A stretch of 64,000 nt of DNA from Patescibacteria group bacterium (lineage in GTDB: Bacteria > Patescibacteriota > Patescibacteriia > UBA9934), in NCBI GenBank assembly GCA_041659765.1, contig JBAZXR010000001.1, positions 108,537-172,536 of the forward strand, written 5' to 3'. Position numbers and translations under genes: made by a program. Below, piece by piece: positions 8,390 through 18,060 of this stretch. Positions within the stretch are counted from its first letter, which is position 1. Every line of letters begins with the position of its first letter. The notes below the pieces were generated by a model that made no database searches, was not told where the DNA came from, and saw only the letters and a program-made list of their open reading frames with translations.

Positions 8390-9868
8390 TTAACCCCTAT
8401 ACTTTTTAATAAGACTCGAAATGATGCCCGTCTTGGAGTCCTTGAGGGCGTCTTTTATTTTGTCGCGGGCGTGGCGGGTTTTTACAAATTTCAACCAATC
8501 CTCGTTCGGAAATTTTCGATTCTTATCCGTGATGATTTCGCAGAGGTCGCCGGATTTGAGGGGAGTTGAGAGCGATGCGATTTCGCCGTTGATGCGAGCC
8601 TGAACCGCTTTGTTGCCGATTTCGGAGTGTACCGAGTAGGCGAGGTCGACCGGTGTCGATTCCTCAGGAAGATCGAGCACGTCACCACGGGGAGTAAAGA
8701 CGAAAATGCGATCACGGAACATGTCGAGCTTGAGCTCGTTCAAGTGCTTCATGAAATCGCTCGCAGAAAGTTCTTTTTGAATAACGGCCAGCTCTTCCAT
8801 CCAGCGGACTTGGCGGGCTTTTTGATCGTCGCCGGACTTGTACTTCCAGTGTGCGGCCACACCGTATTCGTTTTCTTCGTGCATCTGGCGGGTGCGAATC
8901 TGAAACTCAAGGATCGAGCCCTCGTTGTCGAATACCGTGGTGTGCAACGACTGATAGCCGTTTGGCTTAGGTTGGGCGATGTAATCCTTAATGCGTCCAG
9001 GCAGCGGCGTGTACATGCCGTGAAGAATGCCGAGCACGGCGTAACATTCCGGAATGTCCTTCACGATTACTCGTAAAGCCACGATGTCATAGACTTTACC
9101 AATGTCCTGTTTGTAACGGTCCAGCTTACGGTGCAGCGAGTACGCGTGTTTGACGCGGCCATGGACGTCAGCACCCGTGATTCCATGTTTTTTGAGCTCT
9201 ACGTCAACATCGTGCAACGCGCGATCTAGCGCCGGTCCGAATTTTTTTACCCGCTCTTCCAGAAGATGCTGCGTCCAGCTGTACTCTTTTGGCTCTAGAT
9301 ATTTAAAAGCGTAGTCCTCAAATTCTCCGCGGTATTCACCCATGCCAAGGCGGTTAGCAATAGGCGCGTAGATTTCTAGAACTTCTTTGGCTATACGCTG
9401 ACGCTTGGCTTCTGGTAGGGCGTAAAGCGTTTCCAGGTTATGCAAGCGGTCCGCAAACTTGATAAAGATTACGCGGACGTCTTCCGCCATAGCCACGAAC
9501 ATTTTTCGGAGGTTTTCCGCGTAACGTTCCTCGCCTCTATATTTTACTTTTCCGAGTTTCGTAATGGCGCCCACCATGCTCCGGATGTCTGCGCCGAATT
9601 CCACTTCAATGTCGTCCAGCGTTTTTTCTGTGTCTTCCGGAACGTCGTGCAAGAGACCTGCGGCAATGACTTCGCTTGGCAGTTTCAGGTTTGCGAGTTT
9701 TGTGCCGACGTTTGCACAGTGCGCAAAGTATGGTTCGCCAGTGTGACGAGCCTGTCCCGTATGGGCCATCTTGGCAAAATCAAACGCGCGTTCAACTAAC
9801 CGGACATCCTCTTCGGAGTACCGGTCATCAAGCGCTGCACGTAAAGTTGAAAATTCTAGTTCAGGCAT
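8390..9868 (-). CDS. rel: RelA/SpoT family (p)ppGpp synthetase/hydrolase (HD-SYNTH-TGS)
   Basis: AGLLHDVPED, IKFADRLHN, KPNGYQSLHT, GVAAHWKYK and TGS (FVFTPRG..TPVD) motifs; no ACT domain. Confidence 0.93.
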   Translation of the reverse strand: MPELEFSTLRAALDDRYSEEDVRLVERAFDFAKMAHTGQARHTGEPYFAHCANVGTKLANLKLPSEVIAAGLLHDVPEDTEKTLDDIEVEFGADIRSMVGAITKLGKVKYRGEERYAENLRKMFVAMAEDVRVIFIKFADRLHNLETLYALPEAKRQRIAKEVLEIYAPIANRLGMGEYRGEFEDYAFKYLEPKEYSWTQHLLEERVKKFGPALDRALHDVDVELKKHGITGADVHGRVKHAYSLHRKLDRYKQDIGKVYDIVALRVIVKDIPECYAVLGILHGMYTPLPGRIKDYIAQPKPNGYQSLHTTVFDNEGSILEFQIRTRQMHEENEYGVAAHWKYKSGDDQKARQVRWMEELAVIQKELSASDFMKHLNELKLDMFRDRIFVFTPRGDVLDLPEESTPVDLAYSVHSEIGNKAVQARINGEIASLSTPLKSGDLCEIITDKNRKFPNEDWLKFVKTRHARDKIKDALKDSKTGIISSLIKKYRG

Positions 9869-9975
9869 ATTTCAAACATAACTCGCCCTTGTTATCCCGT
9901 AAAGGGGAAGCGGTGGGGACGGAAACTGCGGTACAATAGCGCGGTATGATGGGACACGGATCAGGGAAGGATTCC

Positions 9976-10299
9976 ATGCAGAAAATAGCACATGACGCTC
10001 GCGCCACCGGTGAAGAACTGGCGCAGCTTCTTTTGGATTCCCCGCTTCCTCCTTCGGAAAAGAGCGCTTGGGCTGAACTTGTGCCTTTTATGACTGTGGA
10101 ACAGATCGGAAAATTCAGAGATATGCTGCTTTCTCACATGGAGCGTCAGATTTTTGATGAAGCCGAAGATATTATTTTGGCTATGAAAGCTGAGGAATTG
10201 AAGCGCCAGTTTGCGCATGCACATATCTTGGCAGATGCAAATAAAGCACTCGGCGTACTAGAGAAGGAAGTTGATGCTCTTGAGGGAGCTGTTAAATAG
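9976..10299 (+). CDS. Hypothetical helical protein
   Basis: ORF lies directly upstream of the next ORF; start uncertain. Confidence 0.55.
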   Translation: MQKIAHDARATGEELAQLLLDSPLPPSEKSAWAELVPFMTVEQIGKFRDMLLSHMERQIFDEAEDIILAMKAEELKRQFAHAHILADANKALGVLEKEVDALEGAVK

Positions 10300-10300
10300 T

Positions 10301-12463
10301 ATGGTTAAGAAGATGTCGAATATCGGCAGGGAACCCGTATGGCGCGGTTCCAATCGTGAGACGGAACCCGGCGAACCGGATGTATTAGAAGTGACAGAGG
10401 TGATTCATCGGCGAGATCTAAATACCTTAGCTCGGAAGCAGGAAGCTTTGGCTCGAGAGACGGATAATGAAAAAGAAACTGAACCATCCCTGGAGGGCGA
10501 GCTTTATGGACTTGAGCGTAGGGCGCGGATTTTGCAGGCTCACCGGCATGAACCAGCTGATTACGCTCATTTGCGGGAGCAGAAGAAGGCGCTGGCCAAG
10601 CGGATCAAGGGAGATAAAAAGTTAGAAGAACGACTTAGCCGAATCACGTTTAGCGAGATTGTTGGACAAGGCGAGCCGGTCGTGGGGCAAGATGTTGAAC
10701 GGCCTAGATCTAAGGAACTTGAACAGGCCGATTCGGCATATCGGGCCAAGCTAGATTATCTGGCTAACATGCTGGTTACCGTTGATCAGCTGCTTAATGC
10801 CGATGCTCCATCAAAAACAAAAATAAAAAAGATGCTGGATGGCGTGGTGAATGCGCTCGGCGGCGCTCATTTGACGTACGCGGCTGAGACGGAACGGGCG
10901 TTAACGAAGTCTTTGATTGAGCGGGCTGACATGCTGGCTAGAAAAATTATTCTTGATCAGCACCGGTTAGAAAATATTTTGGAAGTTGCACCAGCGCGGG
11001 AGACTAAGCTAAGAAAGCTTCCACGAAAAACGCGCCAAGGAAACCGAAAGAGGATATTGCCGGGGATGGTGCCAGAGCATTTACTTCGTACTGGCGTGAC
11101 ACTTCCGGAGAAACCAGACATCGCCCAGATCGTTCTTCCGTCTGAGGAGAGGCTAGGGAAGAAAACAGAGGGTTTTGGTGAGCGGTTGCGCCATGGTTTT
11201 GCATATTTATGGAATCGTGGGAAGCGTGAGGGCGCGGAGAAGGCTGAACTCAAGGAGATTGAGACATTCGGTGAAACCGCTAAGATGACTGCGGCCCTCG
11301 CGAGGACTGCGGTGACGTTTGGCGGTGCATATTTGGATCCGGAGCTCGTGAAACACATGCCCGCGTCTTTGTTGTCCAAAAAAGAAACTGAGCAGTTGGA
11401 ACTGATGCTGCGGGCTGTTGCGGAAGGTGGAACGAAGAGTCCGGATGAACAGGGGTATGACTCGTATAAGGAAGGAGTTCGCAGACTAGCAGAGCGCGTC
11501 AGTGCGTCGCGTTATGGTACGCCCAAAGAGAAGGGAAAAATTCTGGGGGACATCATGCGGGCAACCATTACTCCGCAGGATGATCGTACGCGTGCGGAGC
11601 GTGAACAACTCAAGGTTTCTGCTGAGCTTTTGACTAAGCCACGCGAGGAAATGACGAGCAATACGACACTTATTTTGGGTGAGCATTTGCTCCGCGCGCC
11701 AGCATATGACGGTGAGGCACTTATCGCTCGATTTAAAACTGTTGCGAGAGATGGTGCGACGGACGCAACGGCTCGCGAGCGCATTAGGAAATTCATCGCA
11801 GATCAGTTTGCGGAAACTGCTAAGACGTGGAACGGAGGCAGTACGAGACAGAAGGCATACGCAGGTCTGAAGACCATTGGGAAAGCGCTCGGTGCTGCTG
11901 GTTTTGCATATGCTACCCGCGAATTATGGGAAGTAATGCCGACGGTGGACACCTTAACGCAGGACGAGCTTCGCGTGCGGATTGACGACGCGCTTGAGGC
12001 TTCTGAAGCTCGCGATGACGTTCACGTGCTGCAGGAGCTTTCCGCTCATGAGGCGCTGTGGTCTGGTGCAGAAACGCTTGGCGAGCACGGGACCGTGAGC
12101 GTTCCCTTGGCTGAAGCGGAAATATCTGAATATTCTGCGGGGCAACTGGCGGCGGGCACGGTTAGGAAGGGCGATGGTATAACGCAGGCTTTGATCCGTG
12201 TGATTGCCGAGAACCCAAAACAGTTTGGCTATGTACACGACCAGTTGGCGTTTGATCTTAATGCCAGAAAACTCGCTCTTACGATGGTGAAGAATGACGG
12301 GCTCTTACGTACATGGCTGAATGATCAAGCCGTAGGGAATTTGCTAGTACTTCCGGTGATGAGATCGGACGGTTGGCATGTGGAGTTTTTAGACGCCAAG
12401 ACGCACGAGGAAATTTCTGGTAAAGCCTTGAAGGCATTTACAAAAGCACAACCGAGGCCTTAA
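10301..12463 (+). CDS. Hypothetical protein (largely helical, ~720 aa)
   Basis: Long ORF; no motif recognised. Confidence 0.7.
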   Translation: MVKKMSNIGREPVWRGSNRETEPGEPDVLEVTEVIHRRDLNTLARKQEALARETDNEKETEPSLEGELYGLERRARILQAHRHEPADYAHLREQKKALAKRIKGDKKLEERLSRITFSEIVGQGEPVVGQDVERPRSKELEQADSAYRAKLDYLANMLVTVDQLLNADAPSKTKIKKMLDGVVNALGGAHLTYAAETERALTKSLIERADMLARKIILDQHRLENILEVAPARETKLRKLPRKTRQGNRKRILPGMVPEHLLRTGVTLPEKPDIAQIVLPSEERLGKKTEGFGERLRHGFAYLWNRGKREGAEKAELKEIETFGETAKMTAALARTAVTFGGAYLDPELVKHMPASLLSKKETEQLELMLRAVAEGGTKSPDEQGYDSYKEGVRRLAERVSASRYGTPKEKGKILGDIMRATITPQDDRTRAEREQLKVSAELLTKPREEMTSNTTLILGEHLLRAPAYDGEALIARFKTVARDGATDATARERIRKFIADQFAETAKTWNGGSTRQKAYAGLKTIGKALGAAGFAYATRELWEVMPTVDTLTQDELRVRIDDALEASEARDDVHVLQELSAHEALWSGAETLGEHGTVSVPLAEAEISEYSAGQLAAGTVRKGDGITQALIRVIAENPKQFGYVHDQLAFDLNARKLALTMVKNDGLLRTWLNDQAVGNLLVLPVMRSDGWHVEFLDAKTHEEISGKALKAFTKAQPRP

Positions 12464-14736
12464 GCCTCGGTTGTTTCTTTGGGTTTGCGGGTAAATTTGC
12501 GTTTGGGCGCTTTACGCTTTTTGATCAGCATTTCAATGGCCATTTCGCGGGTGACTGTGGCGGGGTCAACATCTTTTTTGATTGTGACGTTTGTCTTGCC
12601 GTCAGTTACGTAGGGACCGAAGCGACCATCTTTTACAAGTATTTTTCCCTTCGTTTCCGGGTCTTCGCCAAGGTCAGCGAGAGGCGTCATCTGTTTGATT
12701 TTTTTCTCGACGCCGGTCGTGCAAAGTTCTATAGCCTGCTCAAGGGTGATCGTTTTCGGATCCGTCCCTTCCGGCATGGAGATGTTCATTTCGCCGCACT
12801 TTAGATAGGGGCCAAAACGTCCGGTGTTCGCTACAATCTCATAGCCGTTTGGATGTGCGCCGAGCGTGCGGGGGAGGACAAGAAGGTGCAGCGCATCAGC
12901 AAGAGTGATAGTTTCCAGTGCTTGATGTTTTTCAAGCGAGGCGCGTTTGGGTTTGATTTCATCCGTCACTGGTCCTAACTGGACGAAGGGACCGAAACGG
13001 CCGTTTCTGGCAATAACTTCCAGCCCTGTTTTGGGATCAATACCGAGTGAACGTTCTTTCATGACATCTGAGCGGGAGAGATCCTTGGTCTTTTCCTCGA
13101 TGCGTTCGTGAAAGGGCGTGTAGAAATCGCCGATGGCTTTAACCCATGACTCCTGGCCGTCAGCGATATCGTCGAATTGCTTTTCCATCTTGGCGGTGAA
13201 TTCCAGGTCGACAATTTGTGGGAAGTGTTCGACGAGAAGGTCGATAACTATCATGGCGATGTCTGACGGGAATAATTTTTTATTGTCGTCGCGCAGGACG
13301 TACTCGCGCGCCTCGATAGTCGAAAGAGTCGGCGCGTAGGTTGAAGGCCGACCAATTCCGTGTTCCTCGAGTGCCTTAATAAGGGTGGCGTCTGAATATC
13401 TGGCCGGTGGTTCAGTGAAATGCTGTTCTGGTTTTATTTCTTTTGCTTGGCCAATGTCATCGCCCTTCATCATGCTTGGCAAGAGTTTATCTTCAGAGGC
13501 CTGCCAAACTTTCATGTAGCCGTCAAAAACAACCGTTGAGCCAGTGGTGCGGAAGGTGTGGCTATTGCCTTCAAGGTCAATAGCTGTACGACGAATTTTG
13601 GCAGCTGGCATCTGAGAAGCGAGCGTACGACGCCAAATGAGGTCGTAAAGTTTAGCCATGCCGGGATCCAGCGTCGCCTTGGCGTCATCAGGGGAGGCGT
13701 CAGCGTTTGTAGGCCTGATAGCTTCGTGGGCTTCCTGAGCGCCCTTCTTAGACGTGTGGTACGCTACGGAACCCTTGGCGTACTCTGTGCCGAATGACTT
13801 TTTAATGTACGCCTGTGCACCATCTAGGAACTGCGTGCTCAGGTTCAATGAGTCTGTACGCATGTAGGTGATGAAACCAGTTTCATACAGCTTTTGGGCG
13901 AGCGTCATGGTCTGCTTGGCACTCATTCCGAGTCGGTTGTACGCTTCCTGTTGGAGCGTCGAGGTCGTGAGCGGAGTAGGCGGTTTCTTGCTTGCATCTT
14001 TTTCTTCAACCGAAATAATCGAAAAGTTTGCATCTTTTACCGCGTCAACAATTGCTTGCGCATCCTTCTCATTTTTAATGTCGAGTTTATCGAGTTTCTT
14101 GTCTCCGATAGCATGAAGCTTGGCAGGGAATTCGGTGCCAGCTTTTTCGAACAGCCCTTCAATAGACCAGTACTCGTCTTGTTTAAAGGCGAGGCGCTCG
14201 CGTTCACGTTCAACCACTAGCCGAACAGCGACGGATTGTACGCGACCAGCGGAGAGGCCTCGGCGCACTTTTTTCCACAGGAGGGGAGACAACTCGTAGC
14301 CTACTAGACGATCCAAAATGCGGCGCGCCTGCTGGGCGTCCACTAGGTTCATATCCAGTGTGCGGGAGGTTTTGAGGGCGTGTTCAATAGCGCTCTTGGT
14401 GATTTCATGGAACGTAATGCGCTTCGCGGTCTTTTCATCTAGATCCAATACTTCAGCAATGTGCCAGGCAATAGCTTCCCCTTCGCGGTCTTCGTCGGTT
14501 GCGAGGTAGACCTCTGTGGCTTTTTTGGCTGCATCCTTGAGCGCCTTCACCTTATCTTTTTTATCATCAGGGACGATGTAGGTAGGCGCAAAATCATGTT
14601 CAATATCAACCCCCATTTTCCGTTCTGGGAGGTCACGGATGTGCCCGTAGGAGGAAATAACCGTGTAACTTGAGCCAAGAAACTTGTTAATGGTTTTGGC
14701 TTTGGTGGGTGACTCTACAATAAGGAGTGGCGGCAT
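12460..14736 (-). CDS. topA: DNA topoisomerase I
   Basis: IVESPTKAKTI, GHIRDL, ATDEDREGE, SAGRVQS, ITYMRTDS; C-terminal GRFGPY repeats. Confidence 0.97.
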   Translation of the reverse strand: MPPLLIVESPTKAKTINKFLGSSYTVISSYGHIRDLPERKMGVDIEHDFAPTYIVPDDKKDKVKALKDAAKKATEVYLATDEDREGEAIAWHIAEVLDLDEKTAKRITFHEITKSAIEHALKTSRTLDMNLVDAQQARRILDRLVGYELSPLLWKKVRRGLSAGRVQSVAVRLVVERERERLAFKQDEYWSIEGLFEKAGTEFPAKLHAIGDKKLDKLDIKNEKDAQAIVDAVKDANFSIISVEEKDASKKPPTPLTTSTLQQEAYNRLGMSAKQTMTLAQKLYETGFITYMRTDSLNLSTQFLDGAQAYIKKSFGTEYAKGSVAYHTSKKGAQEAHEAIRPTNADASPDDAKATLDPGMAKLYDLIWRRTLASQMPAAKIRRTAIDLEGNSHTFRTTGSTVVFDGYMKVWQASEDKLLPSMMKGDDIGQAKEIKPEQHFTEPPARYSDATLIKALEEHGIGRPSTYAPTLSTIEAREYVLRDDNKKLFPSDIAMIVIDLLVEHFPQIVDLEFTAKMEKQFDDIADGQESWVKAIGDFYTPFHERIEEKTKDLSRSDVMKERSLGIDPKTGLEVIARNGRFGPFVQLGPVTDEIKPKRASLEKHQALETITLADALHLLVLPRTLGAHPNGYEIVANTGRFGPYLKCGEMNISMPEGTDPKTITLEQAIELCTTGVEKKIKQMTPLADLGEDPETKGKILVKDGRFGPYVTDGKTNVTIKKDVDPATVTREMAIEMLIKKRKAPKRKFTRKPKETTEA

Positions 14737-14806
14737 AGAAGCAAAATTGATAGCCCGAATGATACCTCATCGTCAAGCTGTGGTCGGGGGATCCGCACAT
14801 TCCCTC

Positions 14807-14836
14807 CCGAAATTTGAGTCGGGTTACCTTTTTCGG
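14807..14836 (+). repeat. Truncated conserved-core element
   Basis: GAGTCGGGTTACCT flanked by CCGAAA/TTTCGG. Confidence 0.6.
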
Positions 14837-14912
14837 CGGTGCACCCGTTTCCGTAAAAATTGGAGTCGGATTACCTCCTAACAATTTTTCCGGAAACGGG
14901 TGCACCGCCGAA
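14832..14912 (+). repeat. Conserved-core hairpin element, copy 2 (core 14862-14882)
   Basis: Arms TTCGGCGGTGCACCCGTTTCCG-t-AAAAATT / AATTTTT-c-CGGAAACGGGTGCACCGCCGAA. Confidence 0.92.
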
Positions 14913-14929
14913 TGGGATCCTAAGCCGAA

Positions 14930-14992
14930 GGGTGATATCCAAAATAAAATGTTAGGAGGTAACCCGACTCCATTTTATTTTGGATATCACCC
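14930..14992 (-). repeat. Conserved-core hairpin element, copy 3 (core 14951-14971, G variant)
   Basis: Perfect arms GGGTGATATCCAAAATAAAATG / CATTTTATTTTGGATATCACCC around the reversed core. Confidence 0.92.
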
Positions 14993-15001
14993 GCAGGCGA
15001 A

Positions 15002-16102
15002 TTACACGCGCTCATATCGTGTACCCCCGAGACTGCGCACAACACCCATGAGCTCGAGTTCGAGGAGCGCGCGCGACATGTCAGAAGCTGTCGAGCCTGT
15101 TTTGAGACATAGTTCATCGGCAAAGAGCGAGCTATGTTCGAGATAAGCGCAAATACTCCTATGAAAGGGAATAAGTTCAGGTAGAGGTTTCTTGAGTGCG
15201 ACGGGCTGTGGCGCAGGCGCGCCATCTGTTTTTCGCGGCGTAGCTATTCCAAAGGCTAAGAGGAGATCGTCGGGGCTCGTAGCTACGAACGCTCCATCTT
15301 TGATGAGATTGTTTGTTCCGGCCGAGGTGAGGGAATCAATCGGCCCCGGTACTGCAAAAACTTCTCGTCCAGCGTTAATCGCTGCGTGAGCGGTGAGGAG
15401 CGAACCAGACGGAAGACCGGCTTCCACAACGAGCGTGATTCTGCTCATGCCCGCAATAATTCTATTCCGCATGGGAAAGTGAAACCTGAGGAATGGCGAG
15501 TGAAGACCGTACTCCGTGACGAGCGTGCCTCCAGTTTCGATAATTTTTTCGGCGATATTTTCCTTGTCCATGCTGTTATGTGCGAGGAGCCCGCCGCCGA
15601 GGACGGCCGTAGTATGTCCTTTTGCTTCGATTGCACCCTTATGTGCAATGGTGTCAATTCCTAGCGCTAGCCCAGAGACAATCGACACACCGTGTGCGGC
15701 CAGTCCGTACGCAAAAGTTCTGGCGGTTTTCTTTCCGTATTCGCTGAGATTTCTGGAGCCGACAATAGAGACGCATTGTTCTCTCATTAACTCGCCCTGT
15801 ATAAACAGTGCGAACGGTGGGTCATAGATCGTTTTGAGAAGTGCAGGATATTCGGTATCATCTTTGGTGATGAGTCTGATACCGTGTTGTTCCATGCTTT
15901 TGACGTATACGTCGGGGCGGGCGGCTTGGCGGAACGTAAAAAATCCCGCCAGACGGGATTCGGGGATGCCGAGCTCAAGAAATTCGTGTTCGGGCGCTGC
16001 CCAGATAGCTTGCGCTGTCCCAAATTTGGCGAAGAGTTTTTCAAGTGTTCGCGAGCCAAAGACCGGACAGTTGGCGAGAGCGACCAGAAACGGATCCGTC
16101 AT
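15002..16102 (-). CDS. dprA: DNA-processing protein DprA
   Basis: YP.LL..IYDPP, IVGSR, VSGLALGID, FPMRNRIIAG, GREVFAVPG; C-terminal wHTH. Confidence 0.95.
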   Translation of the reverse strand: MTDPFLVALANCPVFGSRTLEKLFAKFGTAQAIWAAPEHEFLELGIPESRLAGFFTFRQAARPDVYVKSMEQHGIRLITKDDTEYPALLKTIYDPPFALFIQGELMREQCVSIVGSRNLSEYGKKTARTFAYGLAAHGVSIVSGLALGIDTIAHKGAIEAKGHTTAVLGGGLLAHNSMDKENIAEKIIETGGTLVTEYGLHSPFLRFHFPMRNRIIAGMSRITLVVEAGLPSGSLLTAHAAINAGREVFAVPGPIDSLTSAGTNNLIKDGAFVATSPDDLLLAFGIATPRKTDGAPAPQPVALKKPLPELIPFHRSICAYLEHSSLFADELCLKTGSTASDMSRALLELELMGVVRSLGGTRYERV

Positions 16103-16671
16103 AGCTTGCTGGTTCGGGGGGAGATACCGGCCTCTACGGCGTCGATCAATTCATCGACTGCCAGTGAGATCACTGGCGCGAGCAGCTTCATTTCGTCTTT
16201 TGAAAATTTTGAAAGAACCCAGGCGTCTAGCGGAACGTTTGCTGGCTGCGGATCAACGCCAATTTTTACTCGCGGAAATGCGTCGGTCTTGAACTGTTCA
16301 ATCACGGACTTTAGTCCATTATGTCCTCCAGCGGAGCCCCCCGTTCTGACACGCAGGGTGCCAAGTGGCAGTGCGACGTCATCTGATACCAGAATTACTT
16401 GCTCGGGTTTTACTTTGTAGAAATGAGCGAGGGCACTTGCGGATCTGCCGGACGCATTCATGAACGTCCAGGGTTTAGCGATAATGACTTTGTGTTCGCC
16501 GATTCGTCCTTCAGCAACTTCGGCTTGAAATGCGTCCATGTCCTTAAAAGAAGCGTCGAGTTTCTTGGCTAAGGCCTCGATCACGAGAAACCCGGCATTA
16601 TGCCGTGTCCGTTCGAACTCGTCACCAGGATTGCCAAGGCCGACAATGATGAACGTCATACTTTGCGCCAT
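16099..16671 (-). CDS. pth: Peptidyl-tRNA hydrolase
   Basis: VGLGNPG, TRHNAGF, KP.TFMN.SG, GGHNGLKS. Confidence 0.96.
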   Translation of the reverse strand: MAQSMTFIIVGLGNPGDEFERTRHNAGFLVIEALAKKLDASFKDMDAFQAEVAEGRIGEHKVIIAKPWTFMNASGRSASALAHFYKVKPEQVILVSDDVALPLGTLRVRTGGSAGGHNGLKSVIEQFKTDAFPRVKIGVDPQPANVPLDAWVLSKFSKDEMKLLAPVISLAVDELIDAVEAGISPRTSKL

Positions 16672-16679
16672 TCTACCAT

Positions 16680-18050
16680 CTAGTAGGTGGTGTGTGACTT
16701 ACGACCCGCATCAATGCGGATTCTGATGGGTGTGCCAGTGAACTCGTAGTGCTCACGCATGACATTCTCTAGGAAACGAATATAGGAATCGGCTAGCGAG
16801 TCTTTTCTTGAAAGGTTCACGGACAGCACAAAACGCGGCGGGTTTACGCCCACCTGAACAAATTTTTCAATCTTTGGATGTTTGACTCCCTTGCCCTTTA
16901 CTGGGCGGTGGCGTGAAATTGCTTGAGACATGAACTTTTTAGCTTCGTCATCGGATAGTTCTGTGAAGCGGCTCTTGAAGACACCGTCAATCATCGGAAA
17001 AACCTTCTTGGCTCGCTGGCCAGTTAAGGCTGAAGTAAAGAGAATGGGGGCGTACTTGAGCTGGGGCAGCCAACCGCGGACTTGAGCTTCGAAATCATTA
17101 ACAGAGTTTGTTCCCTTGTTCTCGTAGAGATCCCACTTGTTTACCACGATGACCGTAGAGACGCCCGATTCCGCGAGTACGCCCGCTAGATGTTTGTCTT
17201 GTCCGGTAATCCCTCGGGTTACGTCAATAACAAACAGCGCAACTTCAATACGGCGGAGAATATCCAGCGTCTTTTCTACCCCCTGTGCCTCGAGCTTAGT
17301 GCCGGATCGGACCATGGCGGCATGCTTGCGAATGCCGGCGGTATCAATAAAAATGTAAGTTTTTCCGTCGAACTCAACTGTTGCATCGTTTGGTTCGCGG
17401 GTGGTGTGCGGGAGGTCTGCGGCGATGAATCTTTTCTCTCCGAGAATAGCATTTAAGAGAGTGGATTTGCCGACGTTTGGTTCGCCAAGAACGGCGACGC
17501 GCATGGGTAGAACCTCTGTGATTTCGGCTGGAGCCTTGCCGGTCTTCTCAAGCGCCACGTAGATTTCGTCTAGGAGATCGCCTACGCCTGTTCCTTGTTT
17601 GGCAGAAATGGCTAATGGTTTATTGAGTGGCCAGTTGGCCCACTCTTCAGAATTTGGCTTGGCGCGAATGGCCGCTGAGTCTGCCTTGTTGCCCACTACG
17701 ATGACCGGCTTTTTTCCTGCTACGAGTTCTTTGGCGATGGTTAGATCGTCTGCTGTACAGCCAATTGTAAGATCAACAACCAGTAGAATGACATCGGCTT
17801 GCTTCATTGCTTCCCGCGATTGATCGATGACGTTCTTTTCGATTTCATCCGCTTTGTTCACATCGAGTCCACCAGTGTCGACCACTGTAACTACGTGTCC
17901 GCGCCACAGGCAGGGTGCTTCAAAACGGTCGCGGGTGGTGCCAGCAACATCCGAAACTAGAGACTTTTCTTCTTCAACGAGTTTGTTAAAAAGAGAAGAT
18001 TTGCCAACGTTCGTTCGCCCAATTAGAGCGACTTTCGGTGGTTTGACCAT
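16680..18050 (-). CDS. der: Ribosome biogenesis GTPase Der (EngA)
   Basis: Two GTPase domains (GRTNVGKS, GEPNVGKS; DTGG/DTAG; NKAD/NKWD) and a KH-like C-terminus. Confidence 0.95.
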   Translation of the reverse strand: MVKPPKVALIGRTNVGKSSLFNKLVEEEKSLVSDVAGTTRDRFEAPCLWRGHVVTVVDTGGLDVNKADEIEKNVIDQSREAMKQADVILLVVDLTIGCTADDLTIAKELVAGKKPVIVVGNKADSAAIRAKPNSEEWANWPLNKPLAISAKQGTGVGDLLDEIYVALEKTGKAPAEITEVLPMRVAVLGEPNVGKSTLLNAILGEKRFIAADLPHTTREPNDATVEFDGKTYIFIDTAGIRKHAAMVRSGTKLEAQGVEKTLDILRRIEVALFVIDVTRGITGQDKHLAGVLAESGVSTVIVVNKWDLYENKGTNSVNDFEAQVRGWLPQLKYAPILFTSALTGQRAKKVFPMIDGVFKSRFTELSDDEAKKFMSQAISRHRPVKGKGVKHPKIEKFVQVGVNPPRFVLSVNLSRKDSLADSYIRFLENVMREHYEFTGTPIRIRIDAGRKSHTTY

Positions 18051-18060
18051 ACTTGTGGGG

